A program made the translations under genes and the position numbers. DNA of 63,152 nt, the filler included, from Diploschistes diacapsis (taxonomy: Eukaryota): the NCBI GenBank assembly GCA_023645945.1. It is 7 parts of 7 records of this genome, joined end to end, with 100 filler letters (N's around TTAATTAATTAA, not from the genome) between each part and the next. Parts side by side here need not be neighbours in the genome. Positions count along the whole stretch, not along the records: positions 1 to 25,126 come from JALAIB010000219.1; 6 more parts are not named here. One strand, 5' to 3'. Under the pieces are notes generated by a model. The model saw only the letters and a list, made by a program, of their open reading frames with translations, did not search any database and was not told the origin of the DNA. The first letter of the stretch is position 1; each line of letters starts with the position of its first letter. Shown piece after piece: positions 1-12,829 of this stretch.

Positions 1-702
1 GGATGAGAGGGTATGGAAGGGGGAAGCGTGGTGTGATAGGCGTGAGGTGTAGGGAGAGGATAGCTGTGGGCACGAGTTTGTGTCGTGGGAGAAAGATGGG
101 TAAAGTCGACGTTGCGCAAAATAATTAGAATGATTTCGTTATTCCCATTTAAGGTAGGATGACAAGGATGACGAGTAGGGGCTGTCGTGATGGGCTTCCG
201 TGATGATTGGTGATGATGATCTTGTTCGTAGGTAATGTCGTGTCAAGGTAGGGAAGGGAAGGACGTGATGTCGTGATGAAAGGCAGGGGCGAATCGTTCT
301 TAAAGGCCGTTTGGCGGCACGGGCGGGCACATCGGATCATCTGTGCCGCCGCTCAAGACTGGCCAATTACCTAGTACAAAAGTAGTTCTGGCGCATCAAT
401 GAGTTCGAGCATTACTGTTGCGTCACCCAAAGCCACCTTATTGCTATAGCTTCGTCACGCAAATAGACATCGTCTTTGGAGGACAACTCTCGCTCAAGAA
501 GAAGAAATTTCCCATTTAACAGATATCCATAGGCGCGCTATCCCCGCTCTACCATGCCTCTCTAGTAAGAAGTATAGAACCGACTCCAAACACCCAGACA
601 TATACAATCAACGCAGCGAAGTATCCCCAAACAAAGTTCTCCGAGGTTCAGGCTGCACTTTTTTCCACATAGCGTTCTTTCCGCTGTACACAAGGCTCCG
701 AA

Positions 703-3275
703 CTACTGCTTCTCAGACATCTCCGGCGGGCTCTTACCCCTCTTTCTCCCCTTCTCATTGAATGGCTCGTCCTTGTACCCTTCTTCCTCGGCATCGCTAA
801 AGATCTCCTCGTCACTCTCTCCAGCGAAAGCGTCATACAGCTCGCCACCTCTCCTCTTCCTACGGACACCTTCGCTATTTAGAGGCTGGCCGGCACCATC
901 CACGTCCTCGTCGTTGACCATTTCGAACTCGTAGTCAGCACGGCTGGGCCGGGCACGGCGTCTGCGCCAGATGCAGAAGAATACACCAAGCGCGATGCAA
1001 AAGGTCAGGATCGCGGTGATAGCGCCGTAGATCCACACTTGCGTGCGCGGAGAAACACCAAACGTAGGGAAGATTGATGGGAGTAGGAATTCGGAGCTTG
1101 GGGTGGCAGTCGAGCTGGCAGTCGATGTGCTACTGGATGTGGTAGTAGCAGTTACAGTTGCAGACGACAAGGTGGCGCTTGACGTAACTGTTTCGACGCC
1201 TGGCTTGCTATTGACGGGACGGTCAATGTGGTCGGTGGGAATGGGCGCAAGCGATGTTGAAGAAATGACGTTGACGCTGGTCGTTCCAACAATGGCGGGA
1301 TTTCCTCCTTGGTCGTCATCCTCGTCGTGGTCATTATCAAATTCTGTAGGCATTGGGTACGGCACGGCTTTCTTCGGGTCGATAGCCTCGCCCCAGAGAA
1401 GCAGCTGCCAGTCGGTAAATGTTCCAATGTTCTCATTCTCTATAGTATCCTTTACTATGACAGTCCAGTTACCAATACCAGGTTCACCCCTAGAATTTCA
1501 TCAGCCAAGAAATTAAGATGGAATCGTCACACTCACCAATGAAGAACAGACATAAATGTCCAGTCTTCGTAACCGGCATCTTTTTTATCGTGTCTTCTTG
1601 TTGCACTGAGATGGCTGACCACACCTTCAGGGCTCATGAGTTCCACACTTAAATCACCCCTACAAGTATGCTCTACGTTCATTGTCACTTGAACGTGTTC
1701 AAGTCGCTCAAGGTTGGCTTGCTGTATCATCTCTTTCGTGACCTCAAACGTACTGGCCAGGCCTTGGTCGCCTTGGGGAATGTCGTGCCTAACGTATTGC
1801 CAGGGAGACTTGTACCACGCCTGAGGCTTGACGGATTGCCAAGTCTTTGCCTTTTCGACCAAAGCGTACGCGTCGAGCTTACCGTATGCAAACGTATGGC
1901 TGTACTTTTTACCAATATACGTGTCTTGCCATTCTCCGTCTTCGAGGTTGATGGGGACTGCCGTTTCGACAATGAGATACTGAACATCTCTCCAGTTCAA
2001 ATCTAGACGGACGTTCACCACCAGGGCCAAGATCCCGGCCCCAAGCGGTGCGGCTGCAGATGTTCCTCCATGCCTATTGTAGCACTGATTGGAGCCAACG
2101 TCGGTGGTATGGATGGCATCTCCACCGCCACTGCTATAGGTCACAACAAGCGAAGCCGAACATTTCTCCGAGTAGTATGGATGGTGGCCGAACCGATCGA
2201 TAGCGCCCACGGTAACACTGTAAATGCTGTTCGTGTAACCATCGAAGTTGCAGTTGTCCTCGCTTGCAGCGCCATTTCCAGCAGCGAAGACAAATATGCT
2301 ACCTTTGCCACTGCGACCCTTTTCGATACCGTTCTGGATGGCACGCTTTATCAAAACACTCGGAGCATCCATAGCCATGCCATTGTCCGGAGGACCCCAA
2401 GAGCAAGAGTAGATCTGAGTCCTATCATAAGCGTAGTTAATAGCGACCGCTTCATCTTCGTCCGAAATCGACTTGGAGAGAATTCGCAGACCAGCCACTT
2501 TAGATTCGTAGGCAACCCCGACGCCGCACACATCGTTCTTCGCCGCAGCGACCTCGCCGGCACACCGAGTCCCATGATGATCGGCTGCTAGCCGTGGCCT
2601 CGGTTCGTCGACATGGTCATTGAAATCGTAAGATCCTTCTGCAAAATAGTTTTTCTTGAGGTCTTCGCTGTACATGTCCAGTCCATCGTCAATGATGGCA
2701 ACAGTGGCATTCTGGCCAAAGTTCCCATCCAACCACACTCCGGTCACGTTGAGATCATGTCCAAGCTGAACGGTATTATAAAGATGCCACTGTTCGTTCC
2801 AAATGGGGTCCGAAATTCCCAATTTGTTGGCAACTTCCAGTCGCTTTGCAACAGCTTCTTCGTCAGGGAAGGAAGTGTCGGTATCCGGAAGGAATGGATC
2901 GGCGCGGGCCGGAAGGGCAGGAATGATTCGTTTTGCGAGTCGAGGCTTCAGCGCTGACCTCGTGTGCCACAATACTCCATCGAGTCCCTCGGGAAGAGCC
3001 TCTCGTTTTCTCCTCTTCATCTTCAAATCAGCCAGTATGTTATCCGCGTCGTGTGTTCCCCTCTTTGCCGAGAACATGTAGTGGTCGTCCAGCTCGCCAA
3101 CTTTGCCTACCATCCGGACATTGAGTGCTTGAGCAATCTGTTCGGTGGAGGCTCCTCGGCGAAGGTGTAGCGTGAAGTAGTCGTTTTCCTCGTAATTCCT
3201 CGCCTTGAGCACATCGGCTGCGGCAAGATATTGAGACACTGTAGCGAGCAGCCCCACAAGCTTGAATATATGCAT
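703..3275 (-). CDS. KEX2: Kexin (subtilisin-like proprotein convertase), 2 exons (3275-1537, 1489-703), ~841 aa
   Basis: Signal peptide, pro-domain ending AKR, S8 motifs IIDDG / HGTRCAGE / GTSAAAP, P-domain, Ser/Thr-rich stalk, one TM helix, acidic tail. Intron 1490-1536 (GTGAGT..TAG) joins SVLHW to GEPGIGNWTV in frame. Confidence 0.97.
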
Positions 3276-4321
3276 GATGTCGAGGTTATTGACTCAATTG
3301 CCTTGTTCAACTGACGGCCATCAACTTGAAGATAGAGCTGTTAAGGAATTGAATTAGAGGTCAAAGGAATGAATGAATTCGTGCAGTCCGAAGGGGATCA
3401 GGACACTTGATCGATTTGTGGACAAAAAGCAGCGGGGCCGTTTAAGGCAGAGTCAAGGTCGAAGAGAACACTCAGAAAATGAGTGAGTTACAAAGAGACA
3501 CAAGTGGTCTACTGGTGCGAAGGTAGTGAAGGTAGGTCGAGATTCCAGGGGAAGGGCAAAAGGGACATCTGTCAGCGACAAGCGAAGACTACTATAAACT
3601 GGGCTGTGGCTTCTTGTTGGTTTGTTCCTTGGGAGGAGAAGTCGGGAGTTAAAATGCGGCGCAGAATGTTAAAAATTCGGCCCCACTACGCTTGTTTTCG
3701 AGCTCTACCATGCCGGGTTTTTTCACGTTTGGATTGCTTATTCTTACCAAAGCTACTTTCTCCCAGTATAACCGATTATTTATGCAACATTTGTGCAACA
3801 TTTGTGCAATATTAAAAAAAAATCCCTTTTCTAATCGATTAACCGTTAATCTGTCCAAACATAGCTTTGTACTGTAGGTTAGAAATTAGTAACGTTAAGT
3901 ACAGGACTCTTCACACACCCTAACGCACGCACTCGTTGAAAGCAAATTATTATCCGAAAGGCTCGCTTTGAGCCTATCACTATTGGCTGTGCTTGTTGTT
4001 ATGATGCATGGCATTTGACTGGTAAACGGGCGGTATCCCGTAGCTCCATCTGCCTTCAATAACCCCCTGCCTCCGGCTTTGACAATTCATTCACTTCAGT
4101 TAATTGGGTGGCTGGACTATAAGTCACATCTCGGCACTGCGTTATTCATTTTCATGCGCTTAATTTTGTTTCATTTAGCAAAGCTAGCAGACCCAACCGA
4201 GGTGGACAAATTCTCCTTGGGCTGCCGAAGTGCATTCTGTGCGGTCGAGAACAACTTCAAGAAAAGTCCTCATTGATCCCAATTGCCCATAGAAATCCCT
4301 ATGTCTTAATTCACATAATCG

Positions 4322-4379
4322 GTGAGTACTCAGTGACTTCAGGGTGCAATAGTTCGAGAATATACTAATCGCTTCTCAG
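4322..4379 (+). other. Probable 5'-UTR intron of the PhoD-like gene
   Basis: GTGAGT donor, ACTAAT branch point and CAG acceptor ending 25 nt before the ATG at 4405. Confidence 0.6.
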
Positions 4380-4404
4380 AACATCCTTCAGAAGGCTGCC
4401 CACC

Positions 4405-7400
4405 ATGGCTTCGAGCTTACCGCAAGCCAGGTATTTCGATGGTCCTGCCATACTGCATCGTATAAATCAGCCTCGAGGAACAGATCCAAAATACTCTTCT
4501 CAGGATGATCCGCCGCTGCCAGCTGACGGAGGCTTGGGGAGGGCAACATCGCGAAGGCGCAGAGCTAGGACCCATGATGATGCACAAGCTATAGATCAAC
4601 CAAATATACTTCCCTCAGCTCCAGAAGTTCCAAGATCATCACGGGGTGCGCTCCCGCTTTTCTACAGAGACCCTTACTTTGATAACGATGTGTACCCCGA
4701 GCAAGGCCCTTCCTCTAGATCTTTTGCAGCAAGAGCTGGAATGATCCCTGATACACTAACTCCTCAACGAACCGAGCCAGTAACTGCCGAACAACCTTTA
4801 GCAGCGGAGAAGAGAGGGTCGCGGCGTGGCAGTATCAAGCAAACTTCATACATAAATTATGGCGACGTGAAAAGTCCTTCGGCGCTCTCCTACCCTACGT
4901 CAGAACCAACAGATGCTCCAAACCTAGAACGTGGTAGTTCAAGTGCAAAGAGGCAACAAAGACCACCGCAACTCGTCCCTGTGAGTTCGATCACTGCCGA
5001 ACCAGACCGATCAGCGCAGGCGCCTTTGTCAGCTCCGGTACGTTCTGCAACATACAAAGCTTCTCCCCGCGAACCAAACGAATGGGCTGCCGAACGCTCG
5101 CCTCTGCAGAAACTTGAGGTCAAGTTGAATGACATTAGTAAAGAAGAGAAGCGGGCAAGGGTTGAACAGGCGGAAAAAAGATTGCGGGACGCACAGGCGT
5201 TCTCGGGCGCTCGACGATCTAGTCAGCCCATGGGCGTACCGATAAGGCAGGTGTCGTCTTCAAAACGCGCTGTCAGCGGCCCCTTGGTAGATCGAAGAAG
5301 CACAGATGGAGTTACAAAAGAGAGCAAGGGAATCGGTGGGGACAATCGATTCCCTGATCGTCAAGGCAGCGGAGAGCAACAGCTTCCAAGCTCCTCTGTG
5401 GCCCGACACGATCGCCCAGTCTACCCCATCCCAACCCGTTCATCTAGCCAAAGACAACCGGTGCAATCACAGAGCTCTACAGATTGGGGCCGACGTGTTG
5501 AAAAGACCCAAGGAGAAGATCGGGGTGTTAGATTTCATCATGAAGTTCAAGACATGAGCTCCGCGGGGAGTCCGAATCATGGTAGCGGAAACACTTGCGA
5601 AGGCGCAGCCACCGGAGCAGCCTTGCCTAAGTCCACTAGACAACAGGTCTTGACGGGGCAGGAGGGAGGACCTGACTATAGTGAGAATCTCAAGGAGAAA
5701 GCACTCGGTCCGCCGGATCCAGTTCCAGGCCACGCAGTCAGAAGCCACAAGGACGGGCTAAAGTACGAGGTCCCTCCACAAACTGCTGCTGGAATAGAAG
5801 CGAGGAAACAGGTTGGGTTCGGTAGCCGACTGGACGAGAAAACGGATATGCCGACGCACCATCGGCCGCATCTTTCGACTATCCTCCACTATGGGCGACA
5901 TGACAAAGCCACACCAGGAGCTTTAAAGCCTCCTGCAACGCGCCATCTTAATGAGTGGCGGACTGGGGCAATTGCACGCCTAACATTGATGGATTTGCAG
6001 CCCAACGTTGGGAAGAGCAAACTTGTTAAAAAGAAAGCCTGGTGGGAGAATCCGCAGCCTTCGAGTAAGAAGCAAAATCAATCGGAAGACTATGAGACTG
6101 AGGTTGACCCTGACGACGGATATATTGAAGGGCAAAATGGTATGCATAACTTTCCTTTTCGGTCCTAACGCGCTCGTGTATCTCTACAAATTCCAGCGGA
6201 CCTGTTTGCGATAGACCGGGCACTCGCTGCGAAGATGGAATATGCAGCTGTTGAAGAAATCGATTCTTATGCCGTCAATATATGAGACCTAGTTGGTTCC
6301 TTTGCGAGTGTAACATGGCGCATGGGCCGTTCATCTTACCTCGATCTCTATATCCATCTCATCGTTTCTAAGCACTCCTTTCAAGAAATTCTAATATGTC
6401 GGACGTGAATGAGAAAAGGCTAACCAAGGCCATGCGGACTGTCCGCATACGCTTTCCAACAGCTCCAGCCGTTTTTGATCCCCCTCTATATCTTGCCAGC
6501 GGGCCAATGATCCGATATACCGGCATGAAACGAGAGAAACCAGGGCAAGGCAACGGCATCGGGCAAGAGACATGGCGCGGGAGTATTATGATTGTTACCG
6601 CAGACGATCGGTCTACATATGAGCCGGCGCCATCCCTCCGACTATTTCATCAGCCGATGCAGCTTCTACCGCCACCTCCACCACACTTTGACGGCGAAGA
6701 AGGGGAGGCCCTGGAGGCAGAGTACGTGGATCCTATAGGAGGGTTACCTAGAATATCACGCACGGGGGGGACTGTTTACGTCAAGCCTGTAGAGGATTTA
6801 GAGGAAGGCAAAGATATATCAAGGATCGAAAATGATGACGGTTTGTACGAAGAAACACGAACAGCCAATGTTCCTACTTCGTATGGTAAAGCGGATGAAC
6901 TACTGGGACTTAGCCCCCATTCGCCTCACCATCGAAATCGAGTTGCTCAGAAAGAAGGTCGACAAGTAGGTCGGTATCGGGAGGTTAGAGGCGTTCGCTT
7001 GCATGCCGAACGGGGTCTAACATTCTGGAGGTTCAACCTGGAAGTGGAGTTAGGTGACAAGCAGCAACGTATTGCTTACAGGATCAATAGAGGAGCTTCT
7101 GTAGGGTTCTGGGTACCAGCAAGAGGCCAGACAATGAACATAATGTTCCACAGCTGCAATGGCTTTTCGATAAGCGTAGAGTATGTCGCAAAATCTTGCC
7201 ATTGTGTCGTGGCTAACAACCTCAGTTCAAACATGTTTTCAGGCCCCGACCCGCTTTGGCGCGACGTGATGAACGCTCACCAAATCAAGCCTTTCCATGT
7301 TATGATTGGGGGTGGTGATCAAATCTACAATGACGCCGTGATGAAGCAGACTCGCTTGTTTCAGGGCTGGTTGGAGATCAGGAATCCATTACACAAGCAT

Positions 7401-9945
7401 GAGGCTCCGTTTAGTCCGGAAATGCGCGACGAGCTCGAATCATTCTATTTAGAAAGATACTCGACGTGGTTCTCGCAGGGGCTGTTCGGTATGGCTAGTT
7501 CGCAGATACCGATGATTAACATATGGGATGATCACGGTAAGCAGAAAGCTTTCGCCTAATATGACTTCACTAATCGCTCAGACATCATTGACGGCTACGG
7601 CTCTTATCCCCACCACTTCATGAGCACACCGGTCTTCTGCGGCCTTGGAAATATAGCTTTCAAATACTATATGCTCTTCCAGCATCAAAGCGTTGTGGAT
7701 GAGGTCAGTTCTGATGAGCCAAGTTGGTTACTTGGAGCTTCGCCAGGACCCTACATCAATGAACTGAGTAGGAGTGTCTTCATGTCCTTGGGCGCGAAGG
7801 TCGCATTCCTCGGGTTAGACTGCAGGACAGAACGCATGGTACGATAAGAAGCTTCTCCGGTTCGTACCACGCTGACCAACCAACAGCGGGACGAAGTATT
7901 GAGCGAAGCATCTTATGACCTAGTCTTTGATAGACTTCACAGAGAGCTTGTCAAAGGAGAAACGAAACACCTAATCGTTCTGCTCGGCGTTCCTATCGCA
8001 TACCCTCGCTTGGTCTGGCTTGAGAACGTGCTAACAAGCCGAGCGCTAGATCCAATCAAAGCTCTTGGCAGAATGGGCCTCTTGGGGAATGTAATGAATA
8101 AGTTCGATGGAGGTGTTGAAATCCTGGATGACCTTGACGACCATTGGACGGCGAGAAACCATAAAGAGGAAAGGAATTGGTTTGTGGAAGAACTTCAAGA
8201 ACTCGCTGCAGAGAAGTCCGTTCGTGTGACAATATTAGGGTATGGTTTCACCTTGTCTCTCTCATATTATACACTGCTAATGACTAGAAGTGGCGATGTC
8301 CATCTCGCAGCCGTCGGTCAGTTTTATAGCCACAAGAGGCTTATGTTACCAAAAGACCGTGACTTCCGGTACATGCCCAACATAATATCTTCTGCAATTG
8401 TTAATACACCTCCTCCGGATATGATGGCAGACATACTAAACAAGCGCAACAAGATCCATCACCTCAATGATGAGGTAAGCCCTTATGATACGCAGCGTGT
8501 GACGGTGTGACGACATTCATCGCTAATGGTAATAGACTGCCGAGGATATGATTCCAATGTTCACGCATGATGTTGATGGAAAGCCGAGGAACAATAAGCG
8601 CTTGCTTCCGAAGAGGAACTGGTGCGCTATTGCTGAATACCATCCCGGATCCACGCCCCCACCAACACCGCCATCACTCTCGCCCACGGCATCCGAAGAT
8701 TCCCTTCCTCAGGAACCACAACGGCCGAGCATGATCCAACGTACCCTTTCTTTAGGAAGAGGCGAGTCGAGGCCTGCTAAGTTAATCCGCCGGCTTTCTC
8801 TAGGGGGTAAAGATCCAACTTCGCCCCAGGCCAACACTCCTACATCATCCAGAGGGGCCCCAGTCGAAGACTCGCCACTAACCTCACCACACGAATATAA
8901 CCGAAGACATCCGGCACCTGCACCTCCGCAACCTACTCACTATGACTCGGCGCCGATCCCAACGCGACCGATCAATATGTTTCAACGCCGACCCACCAAC
9001 CTCTCCGAGAAAGCTGCAGCAAAAGGAGGAGCTATTGGCGAGCAGGTTGATCTCGAATACGGGCTGGACATTTCCTTAAACTGCGAAATCAAGCAGGGTG
9101 ACCCAAGCGGCAGTACAGAGCAATATAGACTGCTTGTTCCAGCGTTATTCTATGACGGCCCTCTCCCTGAGCACAAGCCTAGGAAACGAAGTATCTTGAA
9201 GCGCTTAGGCAGTGTGAGAGGAAACGGGAGTAAGCATAACAGAGAAGACTGGAGTGAGAACGGAAGCGAGCACCATAGCGATGCCGAAACCGTCAGTCAT
9301 GTCTCAGATGAGCCTCAATCTGGAGGCAGGTTCCGCAGATTAAGCGGCGTCTTCTCGAGACCTACTACCCTGCTTCAGAAACAACCATCTTCGCAGCCTG
9401 CCATAAAGGCTGCACCACCTTTCGTGCCCCGACCACGGCCGCAGCAGACATCACCGTCTGTTGCGGCTCCTGCTCCTTTCCAGCCTCGCCCTCAGGTAAC
9501 GACACAAGCTCCGAGACCCTCACTCACAGCAGCTTACCAGCAACGCTCCTTTCCAGGACAGCCCAACTCACCGTCATACACTGTAAAGCGTAGCCCCGCA
9601 GCAAACGCAGTTACTCACGTCTCAAGCCCGCTCCAGCGCATTCCACCAGCAACAGCATCTGCACCTCCTGCACCAATCTCCCACAACCAAACAGCACCTC
9701 TAGGTTACGATAGCGACGACGTCTCCGACGAGGACGATCTCGACACGGTGAAGCGCTCTGGGAGCAGATTCAGCCGCAGCGGCGCAGCCAAGTTCTTTGG
9801 CGAAGACCTACCGGCCAATGGGGTGCCTCCCAACAACCTGCCGATAAACGGTAGCGGAACAGGCAAACAAAGGAGATCTAGTGGCGGGTATGGAGGGATT
9901 GATGCTTGGCAGGAAAAGAAGAAGGGGTGGAAAAGGTTCTTCTAG
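4405..9945 (+). CDS. Large fungal PhoD-like metallophosphatase-domain protein with disordered N- and C-termini; multi-exon
   Basis: Motifs FHSCNGFS, GGGDQIYND, WDDHDIIDGYGSY, DDLDDHW, GDVHLAA. Introns inferred at 6140-6462 (or 6140-6372), 7181-7225, 7537-7581, 7839-7886, 8240-8290 and 8475-8535, all GT..AG and frame-restoring. Confidence 0.85.
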
Positions 9946-10659
9946 GTACGCAGAGAGAAAGGGGTAGTGTGTTTCCATAGGGGAGCTACTGTTTATTTCA
10001 GTTTTGGGTTGAAGAAAGCGAGTTTATGTTCAGCGCAATTGTTGCTTTGGATACTGTTACCAGTTTACATGTTGTCTCTAATGGTATTAGTAATTGTAAT
10101 GACAAATATGGCCCTGGCCAATGAGCCAGAACGGGCCGTGATATAAAGTTCTTTTTTCTCGCTCGTCGAATCAGTCAATATATCGTTCGTTCATTTTGCC
10201 GAACTCTGAATCTAGTTCTCTAAAAGCCTGAACTCATTTTGCATACGGGGCGCAGAAGAAGCGCTCCATGGAGGCTCAACGCTTCAGGCATGTTTAGACC
10301 TCTTGCTCAATTGACTTGCACGTATTCACAAACTCCTTCCTTCTTGCCGCACCAAAGGTGCATCGTTGATTCTATATTCCGCCTTTCCTAATGCTCTTCT
10401 TTCAACTCTATATAAACTCTGACCTCCGTCCGTCCTTTGTCTATACTATGCATTCCCTATATTCAGAGCCTGAGCATGTGCTACATGATTTTTCCTTTCC
10501 ATCCATCTTAACTTGTTTACTCCGCCCTATGAATCAGCATACCGCTTCACTCACTTAGCGGACAATCACTTCACCATTCCAACACGGATAGCCACACTGC
10601 TCAATCAGACATTATTGCTATTGTTTCACCTACGTTCCCTTTTCGGACAAACTCGGGAC

Positions 10660-12038
10660 ATGATGAAAAGTGCTGTTATTGGGCTGGCAGCCGCTGCGCT
10701 GTTGAACAGTGCAAGCGCTGCCGGTCACGGTCATCATGGACTAGGCCATGCCGTCTTCCATGAGAAACGCGATTCTTCGCTCAGTACAAGCGCTGCTCCT
10801 GCTGATGGTGAATGCGTGGTTGTTTGGACAACTTGGTATGGAGAAGCGAGCTGTAGGTGCCTCCTCCAAAGTCTTTGATGACTAGAAGGCTCCCTGGGCA
10901 CTGTCATGAGAGTAGATGTTGACTGTTCGACAGTAATTACGGAGCCAGCACCTTCCACGACCTCGGTTTCAACAACTTCGACTCCTGTGCTGAGCTCTTC
11001 CACCTCCATTTCAACGCCTTCGACTTCTGTGCCGAGTCCCTCCACCTCTATTTCTGCTGCTCCTTCACCCTCGGTGTCCCCTCAAATCCACGTTGGTGTC
11101 ACCAACTCTGGCTCGAACGCATCAGGTCAAGCCAACGCTCTCAACAAAGCCGTCAGCAGCAATGGAGCCATGGGCATGACCTGTAAGGAATCCTAGACCA
11201 CAGCATACCGCACTCTTAACTAACACACAAAGACTCTCCCTACACTGGCACCAGCAGCAGCGACAGCTCGTGCAAAAGCACCGACCAGATCAACAGCGAC
11301 ATTCAGGCAATCCACGCCGCAGGCTTCAACTTGGTGCGCATCTACGCAACCGACTGCAACCAGCTTGAAGCTGTGCACCAAGCCACACAGTCGCTCTCCA
11401 TGTCCATGATTATCGGTGTCTTCTTCAACTCTGCTGGCTCTGCGCAGTCTGACTTCGTGGATCAGATGGGTAGTATAACCTCCTACTTCGAGTCCCAAGG
11501 CGGCTATAGCGGCATCGATCTTGTTATTATTGGCAATGAATGCATTTCCTCCGGTATCTGTTCCGCTGGTCAGCTTTCAAGTTTCTTGGCCCAGGCACGC
11601 TCCTCGCTTGCAGGCTCTGGCTACCAAGGTCCAGTCTCGACTTCCCTCATCCTTAAGGACTGGCTGGATAACCCCAGTCTATGTCCGGATGTCGACGTCC
11701 TCGCTTCCAACATCCACCCCTTCTTCTCGGACAATACGGTTAGCCCCAATGGTTCCGGCGACTACGTCGACTCGCAAATCCAGCTGGTACAGAAGGCGTG
11801 TGGTAATGACGGTAAAGCGGTGGTGGTCACGGAGTCGGGCTGGCCGACCCAGGGACCGGCGAATAATGGCATGACGCCCAGTGAAAGTAACCAGCAGGCT
11901 GCTATCGGCAGTCTTAGGGCCAGCAATAATGCAAAGGCAATCATGTTCTTCGCAAACGACAATGATCTGTGGAAGGCAGGGCCCGCGGTGAAAGAGTACG
12001 AGCTTTACTTTGGGTGCCTGGGGCAGTTCGGGCAGTAA
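10660..12038 (+). CDS. GH17 cell-wall beta-glucanase/transglucosylase (Scw11/BtgE-like), 3 exons
   Basis: Signal peptide, His-rich pro-region ending EKR, Ser/Thr linker, GH17 motifs TYSPY, VRIYATDC, IGNE, NIHPFF, TESGWP. Introns 10853-10933 and 11183-11232. Confidence 0.92.
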
Positions 12039-12829
12039 TTAAAGAGCCTTTGCTGCCAATGAAAGCTACGAGCGGTTTTGTTTGGCGTTTTTACAGGCAT
12101 TTGTGGGCTACAGAACCTTATCTGGATACCCCTGGTTCTCGGTCTCAGCGCGTCGACTTTATACCGGCGTTGTTTCTTCGGGTGGCCACTCTCTGACTCT
12201 GTTGGACTCTGCAGTCATGCCGGATTTCCCACGATTGACAAGATCACGGCAACGTGGCGCTTGGGCTACTTTATAAGTACGGCGCCCCTTTGAGGTTTGC
12301 TGGCTATGGATGGGACGATATGGGAGGACTTTGAATTACTTCCTGTTATTCTCCAAAAGAACCAGCTGCTGTATAGAGTGTAAATCAAAACACCTGCTTT
12401 GAAATTTATTCTGATGCGCTGTTTCAAGGTTTAATCGGGCAGAACTTCCCCTGGCCAAACTTTGAAATGCCCTTTGCAGGCTAGGTACACTTATGGCTAG
12501 AGCTAAGCCAAGAAAGGCCAAGAATGGAAATCTCTGCGTCTGGACTCTACACTCTGCAGGCGTATAAATCATGCCTTTGGACTTCCCCATAGCTATCCTC
12601 ATACTCTCTTTGTTTGACCCTCGTTTTTAGCAATCATGGCCTGTGGTTCTTGCTGTTCCTGTTCTTCATTGTTGACTTGATGACTGCAATGTTCCTTTCT
12701 GTTTAGCATTATCCACACACACCTCCATGGCAGATGAGTCTCGGCACTCATGCAATACTGAGCGAGTGAATCCATCAGGACTGATCTTCCTCCTCTCCTT
12801 TTCCTCTAGATTCACCACTTAATTCAAAG

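Noticed and set aside
1043..2957. Numerous antisense or overlapping ORFs over KEX2, and likewise over GH47, ALS and RAX2
   Set aside because: Shadow frames of GC-rich coding sequence with no motifs of their own.
3782..3812. TGCAACATTTG tandem 11-mer in the KEX2/PhoD divergent intergenic region
   Set aside because: Only about 2.5 units, with no supportable function.
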